From Thermofilaceae archaeon (GTDB lineage Archaea; Thermoproteota; Thermoprotei; Thermofilales; Thermofilaceae): a stretch of DNA of 64,000 nucleotides. The position numbers and the translations under genes are program-made. This document shows, one piece after another, positions 17,801 to 27,252 of this stretch. Under the pieces are notes generated by a model that saw only the letters and a list, made by a program, of their open reading frames with translations, was not told where the DNA came from and ran no database searches. The DNA lies in NCBI GenBank assembly GCA_038727095.1, contig JAVYWK010000008.1, forward strand, positions 1-64,000. The letters are read 5' to 3'. The first letter of the stretch is position 1. Every line of letters starts with the position of its first letter.

Positions 17801-18893
17801 TGCTGGCCAGCTTCACCAGCCTGTTCTCGTCCACTTCCACGCCGAGCCCCGGGCCGGTTGGCAGGCTCCTCCTACCCCTCTCCACCGTTGAGCCTCCGCG
17901 CGCGCAATCGGAGGCGAGTAATAGATCCGAGTCCAAGTCGTAGTACACGATGTTCCGCGCGCTGGCGGAGAGGCACACCGCACCCGTGATGCCCAGCCTA
18001 CCCTCCCCCATGCAGCCTACCATGTTGGCGAGCCCCGCAGCCTCGCTGGCGTGGGCGACGCGTAGCGCTCCCAGCAGCCCCCCGCTCTTCATCACCTTGA
18101 TGTTCACTATGTCGGCCGCCTCATGCCTCGCGATCCTAAACACGTCGGAGGCCCTCTTCACGCTCTCATCGACAGCGATGGGGAGGGGGCTCTCCCTCCT
18201 CACCCTCGCTAGCCCGTGCAGGTCGTCCCACTTGACCGGCTGCTCCACGTACTCGACGTCGTAGCCCGCGATCCTGCTGATCACCCTAACCGCCTGCTCG
18301 ACCGTCCAACCCTGGTTCGCGTCCACCCTGATGCGAACCCCCTCGCCCACCGCGTCTCTAACGGCCCTGACGCGCTCCACATCCTTCTCCGGGTCGAGGC
18401 CGAGCTTCAGCTTCAGGATCCTGAAGCCGTCCTCGACGAACTTGACAGCCCTCTTTGCCTGCTCCTCCGGCTCCATTATTCCGATCGTGATGTCCGTCTC
18501 GACGCTGTCGCGGTAGGGGCCCCCCAGCAGCGCGACCACGCTGGTCCTCGCGCTCTTCGCCCAAGCGTCGAGAACCGCTTCTTCGATGGCCGCTGCCGCG
18601 CTCGGAGAGGGACAGGATGCGCAGAGCTCGTAAAGCCTCTCGGGGCTCGGGTCCCGCTCGGCGAGCAGCCCCTCAGCAAGCTGCTTAGCACCTGAGACGA
18701 CGAGCCCTCTGGTTTCGCCGAGCACAGTGTAGGAGGGGGATCCCTCACCCCAACCCGTTGTGCCGTCCTCCAGCCTCACCCTTACGATGACGTTCCACGA
18801 GGCGGACGAGCTGCCAGTTGCGATCGTGAACACCTCCCTGTAGGGGAGCTCGACGCAGTAGACCTCTACGCTCTCAACGCGTGCCCAGCTCAC
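17787..18893 (-). CDS. dipeptide epimerase (L-Ala-D/L-Glu epimerase family, enolase superfamily)
   Basis: GWGE, KLK, DANQGW, EQP, DES, KVMKSGG, GCMGE and DLD motifs. Confidence 0.88.
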   Translation of the reverse strand: MSWARVESVEVYCVELPYREVFTIATGSSSASWNVIVRVRLEDGTTGWGEGSPSYTVLGETRGLVVSGAKQLAEGLLAERDPSPERLYELCASCPSPSAAAAIEEAVLDAWAKSARTSVVALLGGPYRDSVETDITIGIMEPEEQAKRAVKFVEDGFRILKLKLGLDPEKDVERVRAVRDAVGEGVRIRVDANQGWTVEQAVRVISRIAGYDVEYVEQPVKWDDLHGLARVRRESPLPIAVDESVKRASDVFRIARHEAADIVNIKVMKSGGLLGALRVAHASEAAGLANMVGCMGEGRLGITGAVCLSASARNIVYYDLDSDLLLASDCARGGSTVERGRRSLPTGPGLGVEVDENRLVKLASIKRS

Positions 18894-18916
18894 GCAGACC
18901 CCAATCCCGCCCGGGC

Positions 18917-19138
18917 TTAACGCTTTCTCCGAATTGTTCTTGCCAGGTTAGCGGCCGCCAGCAGGGCTGCTGCCGCGTTGAGGAGGGTGAAGACGGGATC
19001 CCCGATCTGGATGGAGTGGAGCGTCAAGAGGAGGCTGCCGGCACCGTAAAGGAGCGAGAGCCTCGGCGGCGGCACATCCTTCAGGCTCACGGCCCATGCT
19101 GCCACGATCAGCAGCATCCCAGCTACGCCGGTAAGCAT
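18917..19138 (-). CDS. small 3-TM membrane protein (SemiSWEET/PQ-loop-like size and topology)
   Basis: 73 aa, three hydrophobic segments, GDPVFTLLN; lies 23 bp upstream of the epimerase. Confidence 0.65.
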   Translation of the reverse strand: MLTGVAGMLLIVAAWAVSLKDVPPPRLSLLYGAGSLLLTLHSIQIGDPVFTLLNAAAALLAAANLARTIRRKR

Positions 19139-19188
19139 ACCCGTCGCGGTTGGGCAAGGCCTTTAAGGCTCACGCGGCCAATCGGGTT

Positions 19189-21441
19189 GTGGAGGAGTAC
19201 GCGGGGGGCGACGAGTTCCTCGAGGAGCTTCGCAGGGATCGCAAGTTCGTCTACGTAGCGGTCGAGAGGCCCTCGCCGCCCGATCCGGGCCCCCCGGTTG
19301 AGCACGTCGTGAAGTCGGAGGAGCTGAGAGCAGCACTGAGGGGGAGGGGTATCGAGCGCCTCTACAGATTCCAGGCGGAGGCCGTCCGGCTGCTCGGCTC
19401 GGGGAGGAACGTTCTAATCGCGGCCGGCACGGGTACGGGGAAGACTGAGGCCTTCCTCATCCCCATACTGGAGCGGGTGCTCGAGGAGCCCTACAGGCCC
19501 GAAGTGAGAGCACTGCTCGTCTACCCGACGAAAGCGCTGGCTAGGGACCAGCTCTCCCGCGTGAACTCCCTCGTGTCGTCCGTCTTTGGCGTGCGCGCGC
19601 TGGTGTTCGACGGTGACACGAGCGAGAGGGAGAGGGAGGTGATATACCAGATGCCGCCCCAGATCCTTGTTACCAACCCGGACATGCTCCACTACGGGAT
19701 AATGCGCTCGCCTCGCTTCCGAGACCTGATCAGCACGGCTGAGTTCGTCGTGCTCGACGACGTCCACGCGTACAGCGGCGTGCTCGGAGCCCACGTCCAC
19801 TACGTCCTGCGCAGGCTGAGGAGGCTGCTGAGGAGCGAACCCGTGTTCGCTGGGACGAGCGCTACGATCGGCAACCCGGGGGAGTTCGCGAGCGCGCTCT
19901 TCGGCGTCGACGTTGAAGTGGTGGACGCCGGCTCGGGGAGGAGGGGGCTCATCTACCACGCGCTGGTCAAGCCGGTCGCCCGCTCCAGGCTCGCGGAGGT
20001 TGCAAGCCTCGTAGCAGCCTGCGTAAGGAGGGGTTTGAAGACGATCGCCTTCGCGGACAGCCACAGGGCGGTGGAGCTTATCAGGAGGGTCTGCGCAAGG
20101 CTCGGGGTTGAAGTGCTCGTGCACAGGGCCGGTCTACTGCCCGCGGAGCGGAGGAGAGTTGAGGAGGCGCTCCAGAGCGGGAGGGTCTTAGCGGTCGCCG
20201 CGACCCCAACGCTGGAGCTGGGGATCGACATCGGGGATCTCGACTGCGTCATCCTGGCCAACGTCCCCCCATCCTACGGCAAGTACGTTCAGAGGACGGG
20301 GAGGTGCGGGAGGAGGGGTGGGACCGCGTACGTCTTCACGGTCCTCGGCAACGACCCGATCAGCCAGTACTACGAGACTTCGCCTAGCGACTTCTTCGGC
20401 AAGGGTGTGGAGCCGCTCTTCGTTGAGCCGGGCAACGAGGAGGTGGCGAAGATGCACCTCCTCGCGGCGGCGTTCGACAAGCCGTTGAAGCAGAGCGAGT
20501 TGAGCCAGCATGAGGCGGCGCTCGCTGAAGCTCTTGCCGCGGAGGGGTTGCTTCGCTACGTGAAGAGCCGGGACTGGTACAGGCCGACGCAGGCGGCGGC
20601 AAAGTACCTGTCCTCCAGGCCCGGCTTGAGGGGCATGGGCGAGATCGTCCGGATCCACGATAGGGCGGGAAGGCTGCTGGGCTACAGGGAGATGCCGATG
20701 GCCCTCAAGGAGCTGTTCCCGGGGGCCATCTACCTGCACGGTGGCGGCACGTACGTTTCGCTGGAGCTTAAGGAGGGTAGAGCCGTGGTCGCCCGGCTCC
20801 CCGACGACTACCCCTTCCTGACGAGCTCCCTCTACTACTCGGAGCCGGTCACCTTTGAGCGGGAGGCGAGTAGGGAGGTTTGGGGCTTCAAAGTGGAGTA
20901 CGGGCGGCTGCGGGTCAGGGAGATCGTCTACGGCTACGTCGTGAAGGAGGCGGAGAGCGGCGCCACAGTGAGAGAGGCCTTACTCAGCGAGGAGTACAGC
21001 TACGAGTTCCCGACCAGGGGTATTCTGCTCCGCCTCCCGCCGAACCCCGAGTGGAGCCTGACGGGGAACGCGGAAGCCTTCCACGCGATCGAGCACGTAA
21101 CCATCTCAGCCGGGCAGACGGTTGTCGGAGCCTCGATGACGGACATGGGCGGCATCAGCTACCCGACCGGCCACATCTTCATCTATGACAGTTACCCGGG
21201 CGGCTCAGGCTGCAGCAAGCTGCTCTTCCACCGGCTTGAGGAAGCGCTGTCGAGGGCTCTCCGCATAATCTCCTCTTGCACTTGCGAGGATGGGTGCCCA
21301 AAGTGCATCTACTCGCCCTACTGCGGGAACAACAACAAGATCCTCTCCAGGAGGAAAGCCCTCCACCTCCTGACGCTCCTCGCCGGCGGCAAGGCGCCCG
21401 CTCCGCCGCCCCTAGAGGTTGCCGGCCAGCCGATCGCCTAG
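19189..21441 (+). CDS. SF2 helicase with C-terminal DUF1998/MZB zinc domain (Hrq1/MrfA/SftH family)
   Basis: GTGTGKT, YPTKALARDQ, TNPDMLH, DDVH, SAT, LELGIDIG, QRTGRCGR, HAIEH and CTCEDGCPKC. Start uncertain (19150 or 19189). Confidence 0.9.
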   Translation: MEEYAGGDEFLEELRRDRKFVYVAVERPSPPDPGPPVEHVVKSEELRAALRGRGIERLYRFQAEAVRLLGSGRNVLIAAGTGTGKTEAFLIPILERVLEEPYRPEVRALLVYPTKALARDQLSRVNSLVSSVFGVRALVFDGDTSEREREVIYQMPPQILVTNPDMLHYGIMRSPRFRDLISTAEFVVLDDVHAYSGVLGAHVHYVLRRLRRLLRSEPVFAGTSATIGNPGEFASALFGVDVEVVDAGSGRRGLIYHALVKPVARSRLAEVASLVAACVRRGLKTIAFADSHRAVELIRRVCARLGVEVLVHRAGLLPAERRRVEEALQSGRVLAVAATPTLELGIDIGDLDCVILANVPPSYGKYVQRTGRCGRRGGTAYVFTVLGNDPISQYYETSPSDFFGKGVEPLFVEPGNEEVAKMHLLAAAFDKPLKQSELSQHEAALAEALAAEGLLRYVKSRDWYRPTQAAAKYLSSRPGLRGMGEIVRIHDRAGRLLGYREMPMALKELFPGAIYLHGGGTYVSLELKEGRAVVARLPDDYPFLTSSLYYSEPVTFEREASREVWGFKVEYGRLRVREIVYGYVVKEAESGATVREALLSEEYSYEFPTRGILLRLPPNPEWSLTGNAEAFHAIEHVTISAGQTVVGASMTDMGGISYPTGHIFIYDSYPGGSGCSKLLFHRLEEALSRALRIISSCTCEDGCPKCIYSPYCGNNNKILSRRKALHLLTLLAGGKAPAPPPLEVAGQPIA

Positions 21442-22185
21442 CAGAGGCTCCAGAGCTTCAGGTCGCCTCGCCATTTTGTAATCCCTCACGATTCTGAGCA
21501 CCTCCTCCTTCGAAACCCCGAACACCTCTCTGACCCGCTCCGCGAAGGCTGTGTTCCGAAGCATCAGGCCCTGGATGACCTGCGTCACGTTGCTCCTCCC
21601 GCTAAGCAGGCTAGCGGTCTCGAAGTCGAATATGACCACTCCCAGCTCCGGGGTTACTAGCACGTGGTCGCCGAGCCTCGAGAGCTCCTGGTGGACGAGA
21701 CTGATCCTATCGAGGGCTAGAGCCTGCCTAATCAGCTCCCCCACCGCGGCCTTCAGCTCTCCCTCGCTCGCTTTCAAACCCCAATCCTCCAGCGGCACCC
21801 CCTCAACGTACTTCCACACCAGGAAGTTCCTCGAGGCCGCCAGCAGCCGCGGCCCCACCCCCACCTTGTTGGCCAAGCGCAGCTTCTCAGCCTCCCCCAG
21901 CAGAGAGGGCCTGTTCGCGTCGAGACGCCTCACCTTCACTGCCACGTCAACCCCCATCCGCCTCCCCTTAACCACTATGCCCACAGTCCCCTTTGCGACC
22001 ACTCTGAGACCCCAAAGCTCCACACGACCCTCAAAAGCCAGCTCGTCGACGCCGAGCAAGCTCAACTCCACCAGCCTCCTCACAGCGCCCTCCCTATCGA
22101 AGGCTGGGTACGTGAGAACAGACAACTGCCGATCGCTCAACCGCCACAGCCTGACTCCGCCCACCTTAACCGTTAATCCAGGCAA
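21412..22185 (-). CDS. atypical Ser/Thr kinase-like protein (archaeal RIO/Bud32-related)
   Basis: AKGTVGIV, VAVKVRR, GVGPRL, HQELS and FDFETA motifs. Start uncertain. Confidence 0.75.
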   Translation of the reverse strand: MPGLTVKVGGVRLWRLSDRQLSVLTYPAFDREGAVRRLVELSLLGVDELAFEGRVELWGLRVVAKGTVGIVVKGRRMGVDVAVKVRRLDANRPSLLGEAEKLRLANKVGVGPRLLAASRNFLVWKYVEGVPLEDWGLKASEGELKAAVGELIRQALALDRISLVHQELSRLGDHVLVTPELGVVIFDFETASLLSGRSNVTQVIQGLMLRNTAFAERVREVFGVSKEEVLRIVRDYKMARRPEALEPLLGDRLAGNL

Positions 22186-22318
22186 TCGTACAGCAATGTG
22201 CTTTGCGTCCGCCTGTGAAAAACGAAAACGCCCTCACGATCATGAAATGCGTTAACGCCAGACTCTTGGGCTGAATGCTGGCGTCGACGCTGCGTCAAGC
22301 GGTAGCCACACGCTTTTC

Positions 22319-23719
22319 TCAATCCGCTTCCAGCATCCATGGTTCCTTTCTGGTGAGCCACCCGTAGAGGTGGGCCCTGTAGCTATCAAGGGTGCTCGCT
22401 TTGACCACCTCCCCGCCTGTGAGGATCTGAAACCCGCTCTTCGCGCACTCCGTCAAGTGTTCACCGATGTTGTACGTGGAGAGCAGCTTGGTTAACGCTT
22501 CGCGTGCGTTCCGCACTTTCCTTGGCCTGATGACGACCCACCTATCACCTTCGATGTAGGGGCCGGCTACGCAGCGGCCAGCCGCGTACGCTGAAATGAA
22601 GCGCTCGTCGTGGTCGGAGTATACGGGTGGGCCCTCGTGCCTCTCGAGCGGAGGAAGCTCCAGCGTCTCCAGCTCGAAGAGGAGTACCACCTCCCCACCC
22701 TCGGCCCACGCCGAGGCTCCAATGACGGGGAAGCCGAAGCGTTCAAGCCCGCTCTGTAGAGCTCTCAAGGCCCTCTTCACCTGCCCCCAGAGGATATCCT
22801 CGGGTAACGTCGGAACCCTCAGCTTCACCGCAGCTACCGCCCTACCCTCGAGTAGAGCCTCGAGCTGCCTCGGCTCGGGCGTCACAGGGTAGAAGAAGTG
22901 GATTGAAGGTTTCCTGAGGAAGGCGCGGGCGGCAGCGATGAACCTGCTCAGGCTCTCCAGCGAGACGGGGCTGGCCACGTTCCTGCCCGGGTCGACGGGG
23001 TCGATGACGACCAAAGGGTCCTTGAACCGCTCGAGGATGCTCCGCTTATCAGGGTAGTGACCCTCGATATCGATGACCGTCCTGTACGGCTTCCACCGGG
23101 CAGCCGACCTTATGAAATCCGGGAAGGAGCCGTAATGGATCACGAGGAGCTCCAGAAGGTAGCCGGAGAAGCCCTCAACCTTCACTTCTGCGCCGTAGAC
23201 GCCGGTGCCCTTCGCAAAGCGCTTCAGGATCCTTACATCCTTCCTCAACTCCGGCTTCTCGTCGAGCCTCATCCTCACGTAGGAAGTGTGGAAGGGCGTC
23301 CTGTCGACTGGAGACCTTATCTGGAGGGGGCTTGGAACCCTGTAGGCGGGAACCACGTCGATGCTGCACGCGTCCAGCAGTAGGGTTAGGTAGGGGTGGG
23401 AGGCGAACCTCTCGACACATTTGGCTCCAACGAGCTGCGCCGCCATCCTGGCCGCAGCTAGGCCGCCCGCCCTGAGCTCCTCGAGGCTGACGCCCGTGTC
23501 AAAGAGGAGGAAGACGTCTACGTCAACGTCGCCCGACAGCCAGGTGTCTTTGGCGTACGAGCCTTCAACTTCGACCTCCGCCCTTAGGGCCAGCTCAGCT
23601 ACAGCTTTGCGGAGCCCTTCAACCACGTTTTCTACCACAGCGCCTACTCGCTCCCTCTCTTCCGGCGAGGGCGTGACCCTCCTCAGGACCTCGGCTAGCA
23701 CAGCCTCGAACTCGTTCAT
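22319..23719 (-). CDS. cca: CCA-adding enzyme (class I tRNA nucleotidyltransferase)
   Basis: GSYAKDTWLSGDVDVD, HPY, DRTPFHT, GFSGYLLELL and DPVDPGRNVA motifs. Confidence 0.95.
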   Translation of the reverse strand: MNEFEAVLAEVLRRVTPSPEERERVGAVVENVVEGLRKAVAELALRAEVEVEGSYAKDTWLSGDVDVDVFLLFDTGVSLEELRAGGLAAARMAAQLVGAKCVERFASHPYLTLLLDACSIDVVPAYRVPSPLQIRSPVDRTPFHTSYVRMRLDEKPELRKDVRILKRFAKGTGVYGAEVKVEGFSGYLLELLVIHYGSFPDFIRSAARWKPYRTVIDIEGHYPDKRSILERFKDPLVVIDPVDPGRNVASPVSLESLSRFIAAARAFLRKPSIHFFYPVTPEPRQLEALLEGRAVAAVKLRVPTLPEDILWGQVKRALRALQSGLERFGFPVIGASAWAEGGEVVLLFELETLELPPLERHEGPPVYSDHDERFISAYAAGRCVAGPYIEGDRWVVIRPRKVRNAREALTKLLSTYNIGEHLTECAKSGFQILTGGEVVKASTLDSYRAHLYGWLTRKEPWMLEAD

Positions 23720-24276
23720 CTCCTCGCCGCCCGCTCGTAGAGGGTCTGGTAGATCGGTCCTCGCGAGGTAAGAGTGCTCTTCTTCAGCCTGAACCTGTCC
23801 ACGAGCATGGAGCCGACCTCAACGTGAGAAGCCTCCTGCAGCATTCGGGGGAGGCCCCCAACACCCCCCTTCACTCGGGCTATCGTCAAGTGCGGTGTGA
23901 ACTCTTCCTCCGGCTTCGGCAGCTTGAGCTTGGAGAGAGCAGCGTTCACCTTGGCGCTGAGCTCTGACAGCTCCCTCGCGCCCTCCTGCACCCCCACCCA
24001 CACGACTCGCGGCCTCCTCGCGTCCGGGAAAGCGCCCAACCCGGCGAAGCGCGCCGTGAAGGGCTCGAAGCCCACCACCTCAAGCGCCGCTTTAATCCTC
24101 TCCACGGTTTCCAGGGGGACTTCGCCGATGAACCTGAGAGTCAAGTGCAAGTTCTCCAATTCCACCAGCTTGATGCTTGCGCCAGTGGCCTTCAGTTGCT
24201 CCTGCAGTTCTGCCACTCGGGCGACTATAAGCGGCTCCTCTACATCCACCGCTACGAAGCACCTGATTAGGCTCAC
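23716..24276 (-). CDS. thpR: RNA 2',3'-cyclic phosphodiesterase (2H family)
   Basis: Two HxT motifs (HLTLRFIG, PHLTIAR), RPRVVW and GPIY; adjacent to cca. Confidence 0.92.
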   Translation of the reverse strand: MSLIRCFVAVDVEEPLIVARVAELQEQLKATGASIKLVELENLHLTLRFIGEVPLETVERIKAALEVVGFEPFTARFAGLGAFPDARRPRVVWVGVQEGARELSELSAKVNAALSKLKLPKPEEEFTPHLTIARVKGGVGGLPRMLQEASHVEVGSMLVDRFRLKKSTLTSRGPIYQTLYERAARR

Positions 24277-24312
24277 ACGCTAGGCGCCTAGCCTCTCCTT
24301 ATAGTTTCATCG

Positions 24313-24711
24313 CTAGGCCGGAGGTATGTTGGAGTCGAGGAGCCACTTCGCCATTCGATCGCAGTTGAGGATCCTGGAGGGGTCGCCGCAGATGGTCAGC
24401 AGAGGGCAGTAGAAGCAGGGAATATCATCCAGTTCATCGGGGAGCTTGGGCATGAAGCGGAGCTTCCTGGTGGGTTTGAGGAGGTATACCCTCCTCCCCT
24501 TGTGAACCACGGTTTCGCGGGAGACCAGCCCCATCTTCTCGAGCCTCTTGATAATCCTGCTGCCCTTCCTGCTGTCGATGTTCAATAAGTGCCACACATC
24601 TCTCTGCAGAATCCCGGCTTCCCCGGCGGCTGAGACTAGCTCAAGCAGGCGCCTCTCGAGCTGCTCGCCACCACCTTCGCTGAGTCGGAGTTCCCTAGCT
24701 TCGTTACGCAT
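24313..24711 (-). CDS. transcription factor E beta subunit (RPC34/C39-like wHTH plus Fe-S domain)
   Basis: wHTH GILQRDVW...KRLEKMGLV; C-terminal PCFYCPLLTIC...NCDRMAKW; directly downstream of tfb. Confidence 0.8.
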   Translation of the reverse strand: MRNEARELRLSEGGGEQLERRLLELVSAAGEAGILQRDVWHLLNIDSRKGSRIIKRLEKMGLVSRETVVHKGRRVYLLKPTRKLRFMPKLPDELDDIPCFYCPLLTICGDPSRILNCDRMAKWLLDSNIPPA

Positions 24712-24773
24712 ATCTACACCTCACTCCCTTTTTCTGGGGAGGGGTGAGGTAAAAAGTTTCTCTTTATTGCTCG

Positions 24774-25640
24774 TTATACTTGGACGGTTATGTCGAGCCT
24801 CTTCATCAACTCCTTCGCACGCTTCCTCAGGGTGGTCTCGGTGATCCCAGCCGCCTCAGCTATCTCCTGCCTTCCTCGCTCCCTCTCCCCGTGGATGAGT
24901 GTGGCTATATAGAGGGCTGCCGCTGCTACGCTTCTCGGCGGTTTGCCGAGTATGATCTTGCCCTCCTCGGCTGCTTTGATAATCTCGGCTGCTGTGCGTT
25001 GAACCTTCGTGCTCACGCCGAGCTTTCCGGCTATCATCGGTACGTACTTAAGAGGGGTAGGTGGTTTCAGGATCACTCTTTTGCCTAAACACTCGAGCAG
25101 CGCTGTGTAGCAGCGGCGCACTCTCTGCATATCCGCAGCCGAAAGCTCCACCAGCTTGTGGGTGACGCTCGGTAGACCGAACTCCCTGCAGGCTAGGGCG
25201 AGGCACGCGACAGCCATAGCAGCGACGCTCCCGCCCTTGAGTAGCCCCTCCTTATGGGCTACGGTGAAGAGCCTTTGAGCCTCCTCCTTAACCTGCTGTG
25301 GCAGCTGAGCCGCCGCAGCTATCCGCGCGATCTCCCTTTTCCCCGCGCTTACGCTCCTCTCGTCGGCTGAGATAGAATCTTGGATGAGTGAAAGACGGGC
25401 GAACTCGTACCTTCTTTCCGCGCTGAGTGCTCCCGGCCGGCCGATCACGGTGGCCAGGCGCGAGGGCGCCTTCACAGGTTCGGCTCTCGCTCTCGCGACT
25501 AACTGCTCCCCGTCGTACGCCCTCCACTCCTGCCCCGTGTCGACAACCTCTTCGACGACAAAGCCGCAGTCGCTGCACTTAACCTCCCCATGGTCCTGGT
25601 CGAGGATCACCTTCTCCGAGCCGCAATTGGGGCACTTCAT
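24774..25640 (-). CDS. tfb: transcription initiation factor IIB (TFB2-type by gene context)
   Basis: Zn ribbon CPNCGS...CSDCG, DTGQEWR, two cyclin folds, AAAALYIA, QEIAEAAGITETTLRKR. Confidence 0.9.
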   Translation of the reverse strand: MKCPNCGSEKVILDQDHGEVKCSDCGFVVEEVVDTGQEWRAYDGEQLVARARAEPVKAPSRLATVIGRPGALSAERRYEFARLSLIQDSISADERSVSAGKREIARIAAAAQLPQQVKEEAQRLFTVAHKEGLLKGGSVAAMAVACLALACREFGLPSVTHKLVELSAADMQRVRRCYTALLECLGKRVILKPPTPLKYVPMIAGKLGVSTKVQRTAAEIIKAAEEGKIILGKPPRSVAAAALYIATLIHGERERGRQEIAEAAGITETTLRKRAKELMKRLDITVQV

Positions 25641-25897
25641 CGGCCCCCACCCCTCCTTTTCGATGCTTCAGTAGCGTATAGCAAGCGGTTGAGCAGGTAG
25701 CTGGGTTGCCGCAGCCTCGGAGATGTTACTTTCACGACGACGTAGGGAGAAGAAACGGGGCCGATGATGTCGTACACGAAACCGACCACGTTGGCTGAGG
25801 AGTCGTACACCTGCGCCCCCAGCTTTGGTAAGGCTTCCGCCTTTACGACAAGCTTACCATTGCGGGTAACTTTAACCACCTTACCGATCGCCAGCAT
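25637..25897 (-). CDS. gar1: H/ACA RNP component Gar1
   Basis: VGFVYDIIGPVSSPYVVVK signature. Start placed at ATG 25897; overlaps the tfb start. Confidence 0.88.
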   Translation of the reverse strand: MLAIGKVVKVTRNGKLVVKAEALPKLGAQVYDSSANVVGFVYDIIGPVSSPYVVVKVTSPRLRQPSYLLNRLLYATEASKRRGGGR

Positions 25898-26028
25898 AAC
25901 GCTGAATTGTGACTGCACCCATGCTCTTAAGTTGATAGTGCCTTGCTCCGTCACTTTCGAGCAGCCCTCGTAAGAATACGCCTAGCGGATAATCTTATAA
26001 CGCGATTGCGCCGGTAGGCTTGCATCCC

Positions 26029-27246
26029 ATGTCGGAAGTGGAAAGGCTGAGGCTGCAAGAGTTCCTGCGCGAGCTGAAGAAGAAGGAGGGTAGGGGGACG
26101 GAGCTGATCTCACTGTACGTTCCAGCGGGTAGGCCGATCAGCGAGGTAGCTGAGGTCCTAAGGAGCGAGTACTCAGCCGCGTCCAACATCAAGGATCGCA
26201 CAACGAGGCACCACGTCCTCGACGCTCTAACGGCCGTGATGCAGAGGCTGAAGCTCTTCAAAACGACGCCGCCCAACGGGCTCGTGATCTTCGCCGGGTA
26301 CGTCGCGGGCGACGTGCCAGGAAACGAGAAGCTGGAGGTTCACGTGATCGAGCCCCCCCAAAGGCTGAAGGTGTGGCTCTACCGGTGCGACTCGAGGTTC
26401 TACACGGAGATACTGGAGGACATGGTGGCGGTGAAGGGAGCCTACGGGTTGATAGCGGTGGACTCCGGCGAGGCCGCTTTCGGGGTATTGCGCGGCAAGA
26501 GCCTTGAAGTGGTGAAGGAGATCGAATCGGGTATCCCCAGGAAGCACAGGGCTGGTGGTCAGTCAGCCAGGAGGTTCGAGAGGATTATCGAGCAGCTTAC
26601 CCATGAGTTCTATAAGAGGGTGGGCGAGTACGCCAACAAGATTTTCCTCGAGATCCCCGATTTGAAGGGCATCATCGTGGGCGGCCCAGGGCCGGCGAAG
26701 GAGGACTTCCTGAAGGGCGACTACCTCCACTACCAGCTGAAGGAGAAGATCCTGGGGGTCTTCGACATCGGGTACAGCGGGGAAGCAGGCATCTACGAGC
26801 TGGTGAACAGGGCTGAGGAGCTGCTTAGGGACGTCCAGTACATTAGGGAAAGGGAGGCGGTGAACGAGCTGCTCTACAACGTCTCCCGAGACACGGGGAT
26901 GGCAGTCTACGGCGAGCAGGAGGTAAGAAGGGCTCTGGAGCAGAAAGCCGTAAAGACGCTCTTGCTCTCAGAAATTTTAAGAAAGGAAGTCGTTAGCTAC
27001 AGGTGCAGGGTTTGCAATTTCGAGGAACGCGTGACCGTGGACGCCTCGGCCAGCGTATCCTGCAGGAAGTGCGGCTCCCCGAACGTCGAGGAGCTGGAGA
27101 GGGTGTCTCTTATCGAGGACTTGGCGAAGCTCGCTGAGGAGGGAGGGGGCGAAGTCGTGCTCGTCTCAACGGAGACTGGAGAGGGGAAGGAGTTCGCGCG
27201 CATCTTCAGCGGGATCGCTGCGATACTCAGGTACAAGATCCAGTAG
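26029..27246 (+). CDS. prf1: peptide chain release factor aRF1
   Basis: GTELISLY, ASNIKD, YRCDSRF and GGQSARRFER motifs. Confidence 0.96.
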   Translation: MSEVERLRLQEFLRELKKKEGRGTELISLYVPAGRPISEVAEVLRSEYSAASNIKDRTTRHHVLDALTAVMQRLKLFKTTPPNGLVIFAGYVAGDVPGNEKLEVHVIEPPQRLKVWLYRCDSRFYTEILEDMVAVKGAYGLIAVDSGEAAFGVLRGKSLEVVKEIESGIPRKHRAGGQSARRFERIIEQLTHEFYKRVGEYANKIFLEIPDLKGIIVGGPGPAKEDFLKGDYLHYQLKEKILGVFDIGYSGEAGIYELVNRAEELLRDVQYIREREAVNELLYNVSRDTGMAVYGEQEVRRALEQKAVKTLLLSEILRKEVVSYRCRVCNFEERVTVDASASVSCRKCGSPNVEELERVSLIEDLAKLAEEGGGEVVLVSTETGEGKEFARIFSGIAAILRYKIQ

Positions 27247-27252
27247 CGCGAG

